64,000 nucleotides of DNA from NCBI GenBank assembly GCA_041913245.1, contig JAYSFT010000003.1, positions 2,181 through 66,180 of the forward strand, in the 5' to 3' direction. The notes below the pieces were generated by a model. It worked only from the letters and a program-made list of their open reading frames with translations. It searched no databases and was not told where the DNA came from. Of this stretch, positions 23,114 to 32,349 are shown in pieces. The DNA is from Rhodospirillaceae bacterium (lineage in GTDB: Bacteria; Pseudomonadota; Alphaproteobacteria; Rhodospirillales; Rhodospirillaceae). Position 1 is the first letter of the stretch, and the number at the start of each line of letters is the position of its first letter. The position numbers were made by a program, and so were the translations under genes.

Positions 23114-24487
23114 CTAAACCGCGGCCTGGAGCCCTTCGGCGGCGCGCGTCTCGGCCGCCAGCGCCCGCTGGGCCGCGCGGGCCACACGGATCTCGCGCAT
23201 CGGCGCCTGGCGCAGACGTTCGAGCATGCGCGGTGTCACCACCGTGACGCCGTCGGGCGTGACCTGGAACCGCGCTCGATCGTCGGCCGGATCCTCGCCG
23301 ATCACGCAGCCTTCCGGGACCACGCAGCCCGGGGCGAGGATGGCGCGTGAAATTCTGACACGCGCCTTCACCTCGCACCCCGGCAGAATGACGGAGTCCT
23401 CCACGAGGCTCGAGGCTTCGAGCCGTACGTCCGAGAACAGCTGCGAGCGGCGCACGGTGGCGCCCGCCACCACGCAGCCTTCCGCGATCATCGCCGCGCT
23501 CACCATGCCGAGACGTTCCATCGGATCGAACACCAGCTTGGCCGGCGGGCGCTGCTCCTGATGGGTCCAGACGGGCCAGTTCCGGTCGTAAAGGTCGAAC
23601 GACGGCTGCGCGGCCACCAGGTCCATGTTGGCCTGCCAGAACGCGTCGAGCGTTCCCACGTCCCGCCAATAAGGCTCGTCGGCCCGGTGCGTGGTCACGC
23701 AGCTTCGCGCGAACTGGTGGGCGTACATCCGGCATTTTCCGACCAACGACGGAATGATGTCGGCGCCGAAGTCGCGGCGGGACTTCGGGCTCTTCGCGTC
23801 GGCGCGCAAGGCCGCGATCAGCACGTCGGTGTTGAACAGATAAATGCCCATGCTGGCGAGGCAGCGGTTGCCGTCGCCGGGTTGCGCCGGCGGCGCGTTC
23901 GGCTTTTCCACGAAGCTCGCGATCTGCTCTTCGGTGTTCACCGTGACGATGCCGAAGCGGCGCGCCTCGTCTTTCGGCACGCTCACGCAAGACACGGTCA
24001 CGTCGGCGTCGCGGGCCGCGTGTTCGGCGATCAGCACGCCGTAATCCTGTTTGTAGACGTGATCGCCCGCGAGGATCAGCACATGCCTGGGCTGATGGCG
24101 GCGCAGGAGATCGATGTTCTGATAAGCCGCGTCCGCGGTGCCCGCGTACCAGCCGCCTTCCGGCGTCTGTTGCTGCGCGGGCCACAGTTCCACGAACTCG
24201 CCGAGTTCATGGCGCAGGAAACCCCACGTATGCTGCACATGATGGATCAGATCATGCGCGCGGTATTGCGTGGCCACGCCCACCTTGCGGATGCCCGAGT
24301 TGATGCAGTTCGAAAGCGGAAAATCTATGACGCGGTATTTGGCGCCGAAGTGCAGCGCCGGTTTGGCCTGACGGTCCGTCAGACATTGCAGGCGTTCGCC
24401 GCGCCCGCCCGCGAGCACCAGCGCGAGAGTCCGCGAGACGGCGTGACGGGTCTGACCGCTGAAAGTTGCGCTGCTGAAAGTTGCCAT
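23114..24487 (-). CDS. glgC: Glucose-1-phosphate adenylyltransferase
   Basis: LALVLAGGRGERLQCLTDRQAKPALHFGAKYRVIDFPLSNCINSGIRKVGVATQYRAHDLIHH..., WYAGTADAAYQNIDLL and PYWRDVGTLDAFWQANMDL are canonical GlgC strings. Start at the internal ATG 24487. Confidence 0.95.
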   Translation of the reverse strand: MATFSSATFSGQTRHAVSRTLALVLAGGRGERLQCLTDRQAKPALHFGAKYRVIDFPLSNCINSGIRKVGVATQYRAHDLIHHVQHTWGFLRHELGEFVELWPAQQQTPEGGWYAGTADAAYQNIDLLRRHQPRHVLILAGDHVYKQDYGVLIAEHAARDADVTVSCVSVPKDEARRFGIVTVNTEEQIASFVEKPNAPPAQPGDGNRCLASMGIYLFNTDVLIAALRADAKSPKSRRDFGADIIPSLVGKCRMYAHQFARSCVTTHRADEPYWRDVGTLDAFWQANMDLVAAQPSFDLYDRNWPVWTHQEQRPPAKLVFDPMERLGMVSAAMIAEGCVVAGATVRRSQLFSDVRLEASSLVEDSVILPGCEVKARVRISRAILAPGCVVPEGCVIGEDPADDRARFQVTPDGVTVVTPRMLERLRQAPMREIRVARAAQRALAAETRAAEGLQAAV

Positions 24488-24703
24488 GCGTGAGCCTCGG
24501 CGTGGGGTTGCGTGAGGTCGCGGGACCTGATTTTCCGTCGTTCGCTCGCGCGCCGAAGCGTATCCCCCACGGCTTCGACGCGCGGCGCATTGAAGACCAT
24601 CGCCGCGGCGTTGGCAATCGCCCGGAACGATAATTTTTCCCAGAACAAAATCGGTTCGCGGGTGTTGATATTCCTGGGCTCCATCACAACGGGCGGAGGA
24701 ATC

Positions 24704-26191
24704 GTGACAGATATTCTTTATGTCGCGTCGGAGGCCTTTCCGCTGGCGAAGACCGGCGGCCTTGGCGATGTCGCCGGTGCGCTGCCGGCGGCGCTGACGA
24801 AGCTGGGCGCCGACGCGCGCATCATGTTGCCGGCCTACGACGGCGTCCTGCGCACGCTCATGCGTGCGGACATGGCCGTAACGCCCGGACCAGCCTTGCA
24901 AAATGTCCTCGGACGATTTTCCGTGCGGCTGCTGCGCTCCGAAATGCCCGGCACGCGGGTTCCCCTCTGGCTCGTGGATTGCCCGCCGCTTTACGCGCGC
25001 GGCGCGAATCCCTACGTCGGGCCGGACGGCAAGGAGTGGAACGACAACGATGTGCGCTTCGCATTACTGGCGCGCGTTGCGTCGATCGTCGCGACACATA
25101 GAGACGTGAGCGCCTGGCGTCCGGACATCGTGCACGCCAACGATTGGCACACCGGTCTCTTGCCCTACTATCTGAAACAAGCCGGCGCTTCGGCGCGCAG
25201 CATCTTCACCGTGCATAACATGGCCTATCAAGGACTCTACGATGCCGGCGCGATCGAACGCGCAGGCGTCGCCGCGGATGAATTCACTCCGGGTGGTATG
25301 GAGTTCTGGGGAAAAGTGAGCTTCCTGAAAGCCGGCCTCGTCTATGCGGACCGCGTCACCACCGTCAGCCCGACCTACGCACAGGAGATCCGGGAACCCG
25401 ACGAGGGCAAGGGACTCGAGGGCGTGCTCAGGATGCGGGGCGGCAATCTGCTCGGCATCCTGAACGGCATCGACGAGTCGGTGTGGGATCCGACCGCCGA
25501 CCCGTATATCGCCCAGACCTTCGATCCGTCCAACATCGCGCTGAAGGCCGGCAACAAAGCCGCCTTGCGCGCGGCCCTGGGGTTGCCGGCCGTCGATACC
25601 GCGCCGATCGTGGCGATGGTCAGCCGCCTGGTCGAGCAGAAGGGCATCGATATCCTGCTCGCCCTCCTGCCGGCGTTCCTCAACACCGGCGCGCAGGTCG
25701 TGGTGCTGGGCTCCGGCGAGCGGTCGCTCGAAACCCGCCTTGCAGCCGCCGCCGCCGCGCATCCCGATCAGGTCGCCGTCCGCCTCGGTTATGACGAAGC
25801 CTTCGCCCACCAGGTGATCGCCGGCGCCGATATCCTGTTCGTGCCCTCGCGCTATGAGCCCTGCGGCCTCACGCAGCTCTATGCCCAGCGCTACGGCACG
25901 ATTCCGGTGGCTCACCGCGTCGGCGGCCTCGCCGACACGGTGAGCGACGAAGAAGACGGTTTCACCTTCGATGCCCCGACGCCGGCCGCCGCCGTCGCGG
26001 CCCTGGTGCGGGCCGGCGCCTACTACCGCAAGCGTCCGCGCTGGCGGGCCATGCAGCGCCGGGCCATGCGCAAACATCTCGGCTGGGACATCTGCGCCCG
26101 CCGCTATCTCGATCTCTACCATGACGTCTTGAACGACCGTCCAACCGCTGCGGAAGGCACACATGGAACAGCTCTCACGGCATCCCGGTGA
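24704..26191 (+). CDS. glgA: Glycogen synthase (ADP-glucose type)
   Basis: Starts at GTG 24704 after a GGAGGA Shine-Dalgarno: VTDILYVASEAFPLAKTGGLGDVAGALPAAL. Contains VHANDWHTGL, TVSPTYAQEI, PSRYEPCGLTQLYAQRYGTIPVAHRVGGLADTV. Confidence 0.95.
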   Translation: MTDILYVASEAFPLAKTGGLGDVAGALPAALTKLGADARIMLPAYDGVLRTLMRADMAVTPGPALQNVLGRFSVRLLRSEMPGTRVPLWLVDCPPLYARGANPYVGPDGKEWNDNDVRFALLARVASIVATHRDVSAWRPDIVHANDWHTGLLPYYLKQAGASARSIFTVHNMAYQGLYDAGAIERAGVAADEFTPGGMEFWGKVSFLKAGLVYADRVTTVSPTYAQEIREPDEGKGLEGVLRMRGGNLLGILNGIDESVWDPTADPYIAQTFDPSNIALKAGNKAALRAALGLPAVDTAPIVAMVSRLVEQKGIDILLALLPAFLNTGAQVVVLGSGERSLETRLAAAAAAHPDQVAVRLGYDEAFAHQVIAGADILFVPSRYEPCGLTQLYAQRYGTIPVAHRVGGLADTVSDEEDGFTFDAPTPAAAVAALVRAGAYYRKRPRWRAMQRRAMRKHLGWDICARRYLDLYHDVLNDRPTAAEGTHGTALTASR

Positions 26192-28658
26192 TCACGCCCC
26201 GCTCGACTTGCAGGATCCCGGCGCCCTGAAGCGCGGCATTCTGCAAACGCTCACGACCGTTGTCGGCCGCGATCCGCTCTACGCCAGCGGACGGGACTGG
26301 TACTACGCGCTCGCTTATCTCCTGCGCGGCGTCCTCGGCCAGAAACAGGCCATGGTCGGGCGCAAGTGCCATGAATCCGGCGCGAAACGCCTCTACTATC
26401 TCAGCCTCGAATATCTTCCGGGCAAGTTCCTGCCGAAGGTGCTGACCGATCTCGGCATCGCGCATCAGGTCTGCGAGGCGCTGAAGGATCTCGGGCAATC
26501 CCTCGAAGAGCTGTCGAGGTTCGAAGCGGACACCGCCCTCGGCAACGGGGGACTGGGCCGTCTGGCCGCCTGCTTCCTCGACGCGCTCGCCACGCACGAC
26601 TATCCGGGCTTCGGCTACGGCATCCGCTACGAGTTCGGCATGTTCTCGCAGGCCATCGAGGACGGGCATCAGGTCGAACGTCCCGAACATTGGCTGCGCT
26701 TCGGCGATCCGTGGCAGTACGAACGGCCCGCCATCGCCTACACCATCCGCTTCAACGGCCGCCTGGTCCGCGGCGCCGATCTCCAGGGCGTGGAGAAAGT
26801 CGATTGGGTCGATACCGACGACCTGATGGCCGTGGCCCACGATCTGCCCATGTCCGGCTATCACTCGGACACCGTGTTGTATCTGCGCCTGTGGGCCGCG
26901 CGCTCATCCCATGCCTTCGACCTCAGGTATTTCAACGAAGGCAATTATGTCGAGGCGATGAGGGACAAGACCTTGTCCGAGAGCATCTCGAAGGTGCTTT
27001 ACCCCAACGACAACACCAGCATGGGTCAGGAGCTTCGCCTGAAGCAGGAGTACTTCTTCGTCTCCGCCTCGCTCCAGGACATCTTGCGCCGGCACTTCAA
27101 GTCGAACCCCAGCCTCGACAATCTCGCCGACCAGATCGCCATCCAGCTCAACGATACGCATCCCAGCCTCGCGATCCCCGAGTTGATGCGTCTTCTTGTC
27201 GACGACTACAAGCACAGCTGGGACCAGGCCTGGCAGAAGGTCTCCGGCGTCTTCGGCTATACCAACCACACCCTGCTTCCCGAGGCGCTCGAAACCTGGC
27301 CCATCGCCATGCTCGAGAAGCTCCTGCCCCGCCATCTCGACATCATCTACCGCATCAACGACCAGCATCTGAAGCGCGTATCCGCGGCCTTCCCGGGCGA
27401 ACTGCATCGCCTCGGCCAGCTCTCATTGGTCGATGATTTCACCCGCCGCATCCGGATGGCGCATCTGGCCATCGTCGGCGCGCACAAAGTCAACGGCGTG
27501 TCGGAGCTGCAGACGAAACTGCTGCGCGAGGCGGTTTTCCCCGACTTCGCCGCGCTCGACCCGGACAAGTTCGTGCCGATCACCAACGGCATCACGCCGC
27601 GCCAGTGGCTGGTGTCCGCGAACCCGCGGCTCGCGCATCTCATCACCGAAGCCATCGGCGGCGAGTGGCCGACGCGGCTTGAACAGCTGGCAAAACTCGC
27701 GCCGATGGCCGACGACGCGGGATTCCGCGAGGACTTCCGCCGCATCAAGGACGAGAACAAGGTTCGCCTCGCGCAGCTCATCCGGCGCGCGGTCGGGCAG
27801 GGCGTCGACCCGGACTCACTGCTCGATGTCCAGGTCAAGCGCATCCACGAATACAAGCGCCAGCTTCTCAACGTGCTGCACGTCATCACCCGCTATAACC
27901 GTATCAGGTCGGGCCAGGACGATGGACGGCCGCGCACCGTGATCATCGGCGGCAAGGCGGCGCCCGGCTACCATATGGCCAAGCAGATCATCCGTCTGGT
28001 CAATGACGTCGCGGCCACGATCAACGCCGATCCGCATGTCAAAGGGGCGATCCAGCTGGTGTTCGTGCCGAACTACCGCGTCTCCGTGGCCGAGATCGTG
28101 ATCCCCGGCGCCGATCTCGCCCAGCATATTTCCACGGCGGGCACCGAAGCTTCGGGCACGAGCAACATGAAGTTCGCCATCAACGGCGCGCTCACCCTGG
28201 GCACCGATGACGGCGCGAATATCGAGATTCGCAAGGCCGTCGGCGCCGATCACATGTTCCTCTTCGGCCTGTCCGCGCAGGAAGTCGCCGAACTGCGCGC
28301 CAAGGGTTACAACCCCTGGGCCTACCAGGAGCGCGACGAGGAACTCCGCGAGTGTCTGGATATGATCGCGGGTGGCGCCTTCTCACCGCAGGACCGCGGC
28401 CGCTACCAGGACCTCAGGGACTCGCTGCTCTCGGGCGGCGATCACTATCTCCTGCTGGCGGACTATCGCTCCTACGTCGACGCCCACGGGCGGGTCGATA
28501 CGGCGTTCCAGGACGCCGATGCGTGGACCCGTTCGGCCGTGCTCAACGTCGCGCACATGGGCCGTTTTTCGGCCGACCGCGCGATCCATGAGTACGCCGA
28601 GAGGATCTGGGATCTTACACCGCTGACGCAGTCGTTCGCCCGCGCGTCCGCCGCATGA
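26163..28658 (+). CDS. glgP: Glycogen/maltodextrin phosphorylase
   Basis: YYLSLEYLPGK, GNGGLGRLAACFLDALAT and the pyridoxal-phosphate site EASGTSNMKFAINGALTLGTDDGANIEI. 831 aa. Overlaps the glgA 3' end by 29 nt. Confidence 0.95.
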   Translation: MEQLSRHPGDHAPLDLQDPGALKRGILQTLTTVVGRDPLYASGRDWYYALAYLLRGVLGQKQAMVGRKCHESGAKRLYYLSLEYLPGKFLPKVLTDLGIAHQVCEALKDLGQSLEELSRFEADTALGNGGLGRLAACFLDALATHDYPGFGYGIRYEFGMFSQAIEDGHQVERPEHWLRFGDPWQYERPAIAYTIRFNGRLVRGADLQGVEKVDWVDTDDLMAVAHDLPMSGYHSDTVLYLRLWAARSSHAFDLRYFNEGNYVEAMRDKTLSESISKVLYPNDNTSMGQELRLKQEYFFVSASLQDILRRHFKSNPSLDNLADQIAIQLNDTHPSLAIPELMRLLVDDYKHSWDQAWQKVSGVFGYTNHTLLPEALETWPIAMLEKLLPRHLDIIYRINDQHLKRVSAAFPGELHRLGQLSLVDDFTRRIRMAHLAIVGAHKVNGVSELQTKLLREAVFPDFAALDPDKFVPITNGITPRQWLVSANPRLAHLITEAIGGEWPTRLEQLAKLAPMADDAGFREDFRRIKDENKVRLAQLIRRAVGQGVDPDSLLDVQVKRIHEYKRQLLNVLHVITRYNRIRSGQDDGRPRTVIIGGKAAPGYHMAKQIIRLVNDVAATINADPHVKGAIQLVFVPNYRVSVAEIVIPGADLAQHISTAGTEASGTSNMKFAINGALTLGTDDGANIEIRKAVGADHMFLFGLSAQEVAELRAKGYNPWAYQERDEELRECLDMIAGGAFSPQDRGRYQDLRDSLLSGGDHYLLLADYRSYVDAHGRVDTAFQDADAWTRSAVLNVAHMGRFSADRAIHEYAERIWDLTPLTQSFARASAA

Positions 28659-30492
28659 CGGCCGTCGCCGCGGGCCAGGCGCGTCCGGCGCGGATCGCAT
28701 CGAGCGTCTCGGTCAGGCGGGCCCGCCAGTTGGGATATTCGTCCGCGGTGCCGGGCACGTTGAGCCGCGTGGTCGCCCCGATCACGTCGCCAAGATTGAT
28801 GAGCGCGAGCTGTGACGCCGAAAGTCCCAGGAAAGCGTGCACCGCCGCGATGATCTCATCCACGGCGATGTCCGGCCGGTCATCGAGCAGGCCCTGATCC
28901 TTGAGGGCACCCAGGATAAGGGCGCGCTCTTCGCCGTCGGCGTCTCTCCAATAGCCCGCGAGGGTCGGAAGATCGTGCGTGGCGGCCTGGATCACACTCC
29001 GCGCGGGATAGGTCTCTGGGCGCTTGAAGAAGCCGTTAGGGTGGCGCTCGAAGTAGAACAGCCGCGTCGAGAGCATGTTGTCTTTCGCCATTCGTTCGCG
29101 AAATCCGTGCGGCACGGTGCCGAGGTCCTCGCCCACGATCAGGCACTTCGCGCGCAGGCTCTCGAGCGCGAGCAGCGCGAACAGATCGTCCACGGGATAG
29201 CTCACGTAAGCCCCGTCGGCCGCCGTGCCGCCCGGCGGGATCCAGAACAGCCGCTCCAGGGCCATCACATGATCGATGCGAAGGGCTCCGGCGCGGCGCA
29301 TGTTCGCCCGCCACGTCGTTGTCAGCGGCTCATAGGCCTGGGCGCGGAGCGCATGCGGATCGGGCGGCGGCAGTCCCCAATCCTGGCCGCGGGGTCCCAG
29401 CGGATCGGGCGGCGCGCCGAACCGCACTCCTTTTGGATACAGGTCCTGACGATGCCACGCCTCCGCGCCGTTCGGACTGACGCCGACGGCAAGATCGCGC
29501 ATCAGCACCGCGTCCGTTCCCGCCGCCGCGTCGGCGAGTTGCCTCTCGGCGAGCCATTGCAGGGTCGCGTGAACGCGCACTTCGCTCCCGTGATCGCGCA
29601 GGAACGCACGAACATCCCGTGACCGGGGATCGCGGAAGGCTTCCGGCCATCCGCTCCACGGACCGGCCAGGCGATCGCTCAAGGCCGAGAACAGACAGAA
29701 GTCCTCCAGCGCGTCTCCACCTTGCCGGATGAAGTCATCGACACCCGGATGGCCGGAGAGCCGCGCCGCCACCTTGCGCAGGGCCGCGTACTTCGTCCGC
29801 GCCACATCGCCATAGTCGATCAGCGCGGCGGTCGCGACTGTCGGAGGCGCGCTCAGGGCCACGTACAGGGGATTCAGGAATGTCCGGCTCGAGGGCCAGT
29901 ACGGACTTGCCTGCTCGGGCTCCTGCGGCGAGAGGGCATGGAACGGATTGACCGCCACGACCCGGCCGCCCTCGCCCGCCGTCATATGCAGAAGGTCCTT
30001 GAGGTCGGCAAAATCGCCGATCCCCCAATTGCGCGCGGACGCCACGGTATAAAGGTGACACGCGATGCCCCACGCCTTCTCGCCGCGCAGCAGCCAGTCC
30101 GGCGCGTAGGCCGACCCGGGCGCGACGATCAACCTGGTTTCTTTGTCTTCTACCCGCAGCGTGTGATAGCCGAGCGGCAGTTCACGCCGGAAGTGGATAC
30201 GTTCCTCGGCCCGGCCTTCGATGAATTCGCCGTTCTCAAGGGTGAGAGTCCAATCGCCCGAAAAAGGAAGATCGCGCACCGGCGTGCGCATCACGATCAC
30301 GGGCGGGAATTCGTCTCGGCGCAGCCGCGCGAGGCTGTCTTGGATTTCACCCTCGGTCGCGGCGTCATAGCCCATGGCCGCGAGCAGGGCCCGCTGGACC
30401 TCCGGCGTGGTGTGATGAAGCTGTCCCTGCACATCCCGATATTCGGCCTGGATGCCGGCTTCCCGCGCGAGCGTGGAAAGAAGGTCAACCAT
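28615..30492 (-). CDS. malQ: 4-alpha-glucanotransferase (amylomaltase, GH77) with N-terminal extension
   Basis: WGIACHLYTVASARNWGIGDFADL, QDWGLPPPDP, GALRIDHVMAL, IVGEDLGTVP and ATHDLPTLAGYW are GH77 catalytic strings. Confidence 0.9.
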   Translation of the reverse strand: MVDLLSTLAREAGIQAEYRDVQGQLHHTTPEVQRALLAAMGYDAATEGEIQDSLARLRRDEFPPVIVMRTPVRDLPFSGDWTLTLENGEFIEGRAEERIHFRRELPLGYHTLRVEDKETRLIVAPGSAYAPDWLLRGEKAWGIACHLYTVASARNWGIGDFADLKDLLHMTAGEGGRVVAVNPFHALSPQEPEQASPYWPSSRTFLNPLYVALSAPPTVATAALIDYGDVARTKYAALRKVAARLSGHPGVDDFIRQGGDALEDFCLFSALSDRLAGPWSGWPEAFRDPRSRDVRAFLRDHGSEVRVHATLQWLAERQLADAAAGTDAVLMRDLAVGVSPNGAEAWHRQDLYPKGVRFGAPPDPLGPRGQDWGLPPPDPHALRAQAYEPLTTTWRANMRRAGALRIDHVMALERLFWIPPGGTAADGAYVSYPVDDLFALLALESLRAKCLIVGEDLGTVPHGFRERMAKDNMLSTRLFYFERHPNGFFKRPETYPARSVIQAATHDLPTLAGYWRDADGEERALILGALKDQGLLDDRPDIAVDEIIAAVHAFLGLSASQLALINLGDVIGATTRLNVPGTADEYPNWRARLTETLDAIRAGRAWPAATAVMRRTRGRTTASAV

Positions 30493-32347
30493 CCACGGGC
30501 TCCAGCACGATCAACGATCCTTCAACCACAAGCACCTCACGCCATATGTCCTTCGGATATACGAACTCCACCGGGTCACCGGCGTTCATCCAGACCAGCA
30601 GCCGGTTCGCGATCTGGAAACCGAAGGCCTTGCAGTTCCGCCAATCGGCGTCGGTCATCGTTTGTCCGTCCGGGCGCAACCAGGCGATATCGCCCGCGCC
30701 GCTAAAGAAAGAGTCCCGGCGAAGCTCCGGGCGGGCTTTACGCAAGGCGATCGCGGCCCGGGCGAAGGCCACAAGATCGGCGTTCCTCTCCGCAAGACTC
30801 CAATCAAGCCATGCCATGTCGTTGTCCTGGCAATAGGCGTTGTTGTTTCCGCGCTGCGTCCGGCCGAACTCGTCTCCGGCCAGGAGCATCGGAACGCCTT
30901 GCGAAAGCATCAGCGAGGCGATGATGGCGCGCTTGCGCCGGTCCCGGTTCGCGCCATGATCGCGGCTGAGGTTGTGATTCGTACCGTCGCGGTTCTCCTC
31001 GCCGTTGGCCTCGTTGTGTTTCTCGTTGAAGCTCACGAGGTCCTCCAGCGTGAAGCCGTCGTGAGCGGTCACGAAATTGATGCCGTGCAGAGGCGCCGTC
31101 ACCACGCCGCTCGACCCCGCAAGCGCGGTGGCCATCGGGCCGGCCGCGCCGTCGTCACCCCGCCAGAACCCGCGGACCGCGTCACGGTACTGATCGTTCC
31201 ACTCCCGCCACGGCGCGGGAAGTTTTCCGAGGAAATGACCGGCCAGGTCCCACGGCTCGGCGATCAGTTTCAGCCGGCTCAATTCGCGATCGCGTCCAAT
31301 CAGGCTCAGCAGCGACGTCTCGGCGCAAAAACCGGCGCGAGTCCTTGCGAGAGTTCCGGCGAGATCGAAACGAAAGCCGTCGACGCCGGCCGTGCGGGCC
31401 CAATGACGCAGAGAATCGAGGACCAGGCGCTGCACCTGAGGGTGCGAAACATTGAGCACGTTTCCACAGCCGGAGGTGTTGACGTAGTCCTCCGGGAACG
31501 CATCGTCGAGCCAATAGTAGGAAGCGTTGTCGATGCCCCGGAACGACAGGGTGGGACCCAGGCGGTCGCCTTCCCCGGTGTGGTTGTAGACCACGTCGAG
31601 GATGACCTCGATCCCGACGGCATGATAGGCCGTCACCATGTCGCGCAGACCCCCGCCGTATCTTGGTTCGCCGGCGAAGAAGCTCACGGGGTTGTAGCCC
31701 CAGTAGTTCGAAAGGCCCGCGCGCGCCAGATGGATTTCATCGGTGAACGCATAGACCGGCAGGAGTTCGACCGCCGTCACGCCCAGCCGTTTGAGATGCG
31801 CAAGAATCTCCGGCGACGCCAGTCCCTGGAAAGTACCGCGATGATGCGCGGGGATGCTTGGATGACGCTGCGTCATGCCCTTCACATGCATCTCGTAGAT
31901 GATCGTGTCCCGCCAGGGTGTATTGGGCCGCACCGTTACCGGTTCTCGATCGCTCACAACGATGCCTTTCGGAACCACCGCCGCGTTGTCGGACATGTCG
32001 AGGTTCGCCGCGTGCCACGCGAAAGCGCCCGTGATCTTGCGGGCATAAGGATCGAGCAGAAGCTTATGGGGATTGAAGCGGTGGCCGCGCTCCGGTGCAT
32101 AGGGCCCATGGACGCGATAACCATAGACCTGCCCCGGCCGGCCGCCCGCGAGATAACCGTGCCAGATCTCGCCGGTCCGTCCCGGCAATGCCAAACGGCG
32201 CAGCTCGCGCGTTCCGGTCTGGTCGAACAGGCAGAGTTCGACCTTCTCGCCGTGCGCGGAGAACAGCGCGAAGTTGATCCCGCGTCCGTCCCAGGTCGCG
32301 CCCAGGGGTTCCGCTGCTCCCGCCTCCAGCCCGCCGAGAACCGTCAT
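30485..32347 (-). CDS. glgX: Glycogen debranching enzyme
   Basis: Starts MTVLGGLEAGAAEPLGATWDGRGINFALFSAHGEKVELCLFD. Contains YWGYNPVSFF, ILDVVYNHTGEG, GVDGFRFDLA, IAEPWD and FVTAHDGFTLEDLVS. The start is an internal ATG at 32347. Confidence 0.95.
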   Translation of the reverse strand: MTVLGGLEAGAAEPLGATWDGRGINFALFSAHGEKVELCLFDQTGTRELRRLALPGRTGEIWHGYLAGGRPGQVYGYRVHGPYAPERGHRFNPHKLLLDPYARKITGAFAWHAANLDMSDNAAVVPKGIVVSDREPVTVRPNTPWRDTIIYEMHVKGMTQRHPSIPAHHRGTFQGLASPEILAHLKRLGVTAVELLPVYAFTDEIHLARAGLSNYWGYNPVSFFAGEPRYGGGLRDMVTAYHAVGIEVILDVVYNHTGEGDRLGPTLSFRGIDNASYYWLDDAFPEDYVNTSGCGNVLNVSHPQVQRLVLDSLRHWARTAGVDGFRFDLAGTLARTRAGFCAETSLLSLIGRDRELSRLKLIAEPWDLAGHFLGKLPAPWREWNDQYRDAVRGFWRGDDGAAGPMATALAGSSGVVTAPLHGINFVTAHDGFTLEDLVSFNEKHNEANGEENRDGTNHNLSRDHGANRDRRKRAIIASLMLSQGVPMLLAGDEFGRTQRGNNNAYCQDNDMAWLDWSLAERNADLVAFARAAIALRKARPELRRDSFFSGAGDIAWLRPDGQTMTDADWRNCKAFGFQIANRLLVWMNAGDPVEFVYPKDIWREVLVVEGSLIVLEPVDG

Positions 32348-32349
32348 AT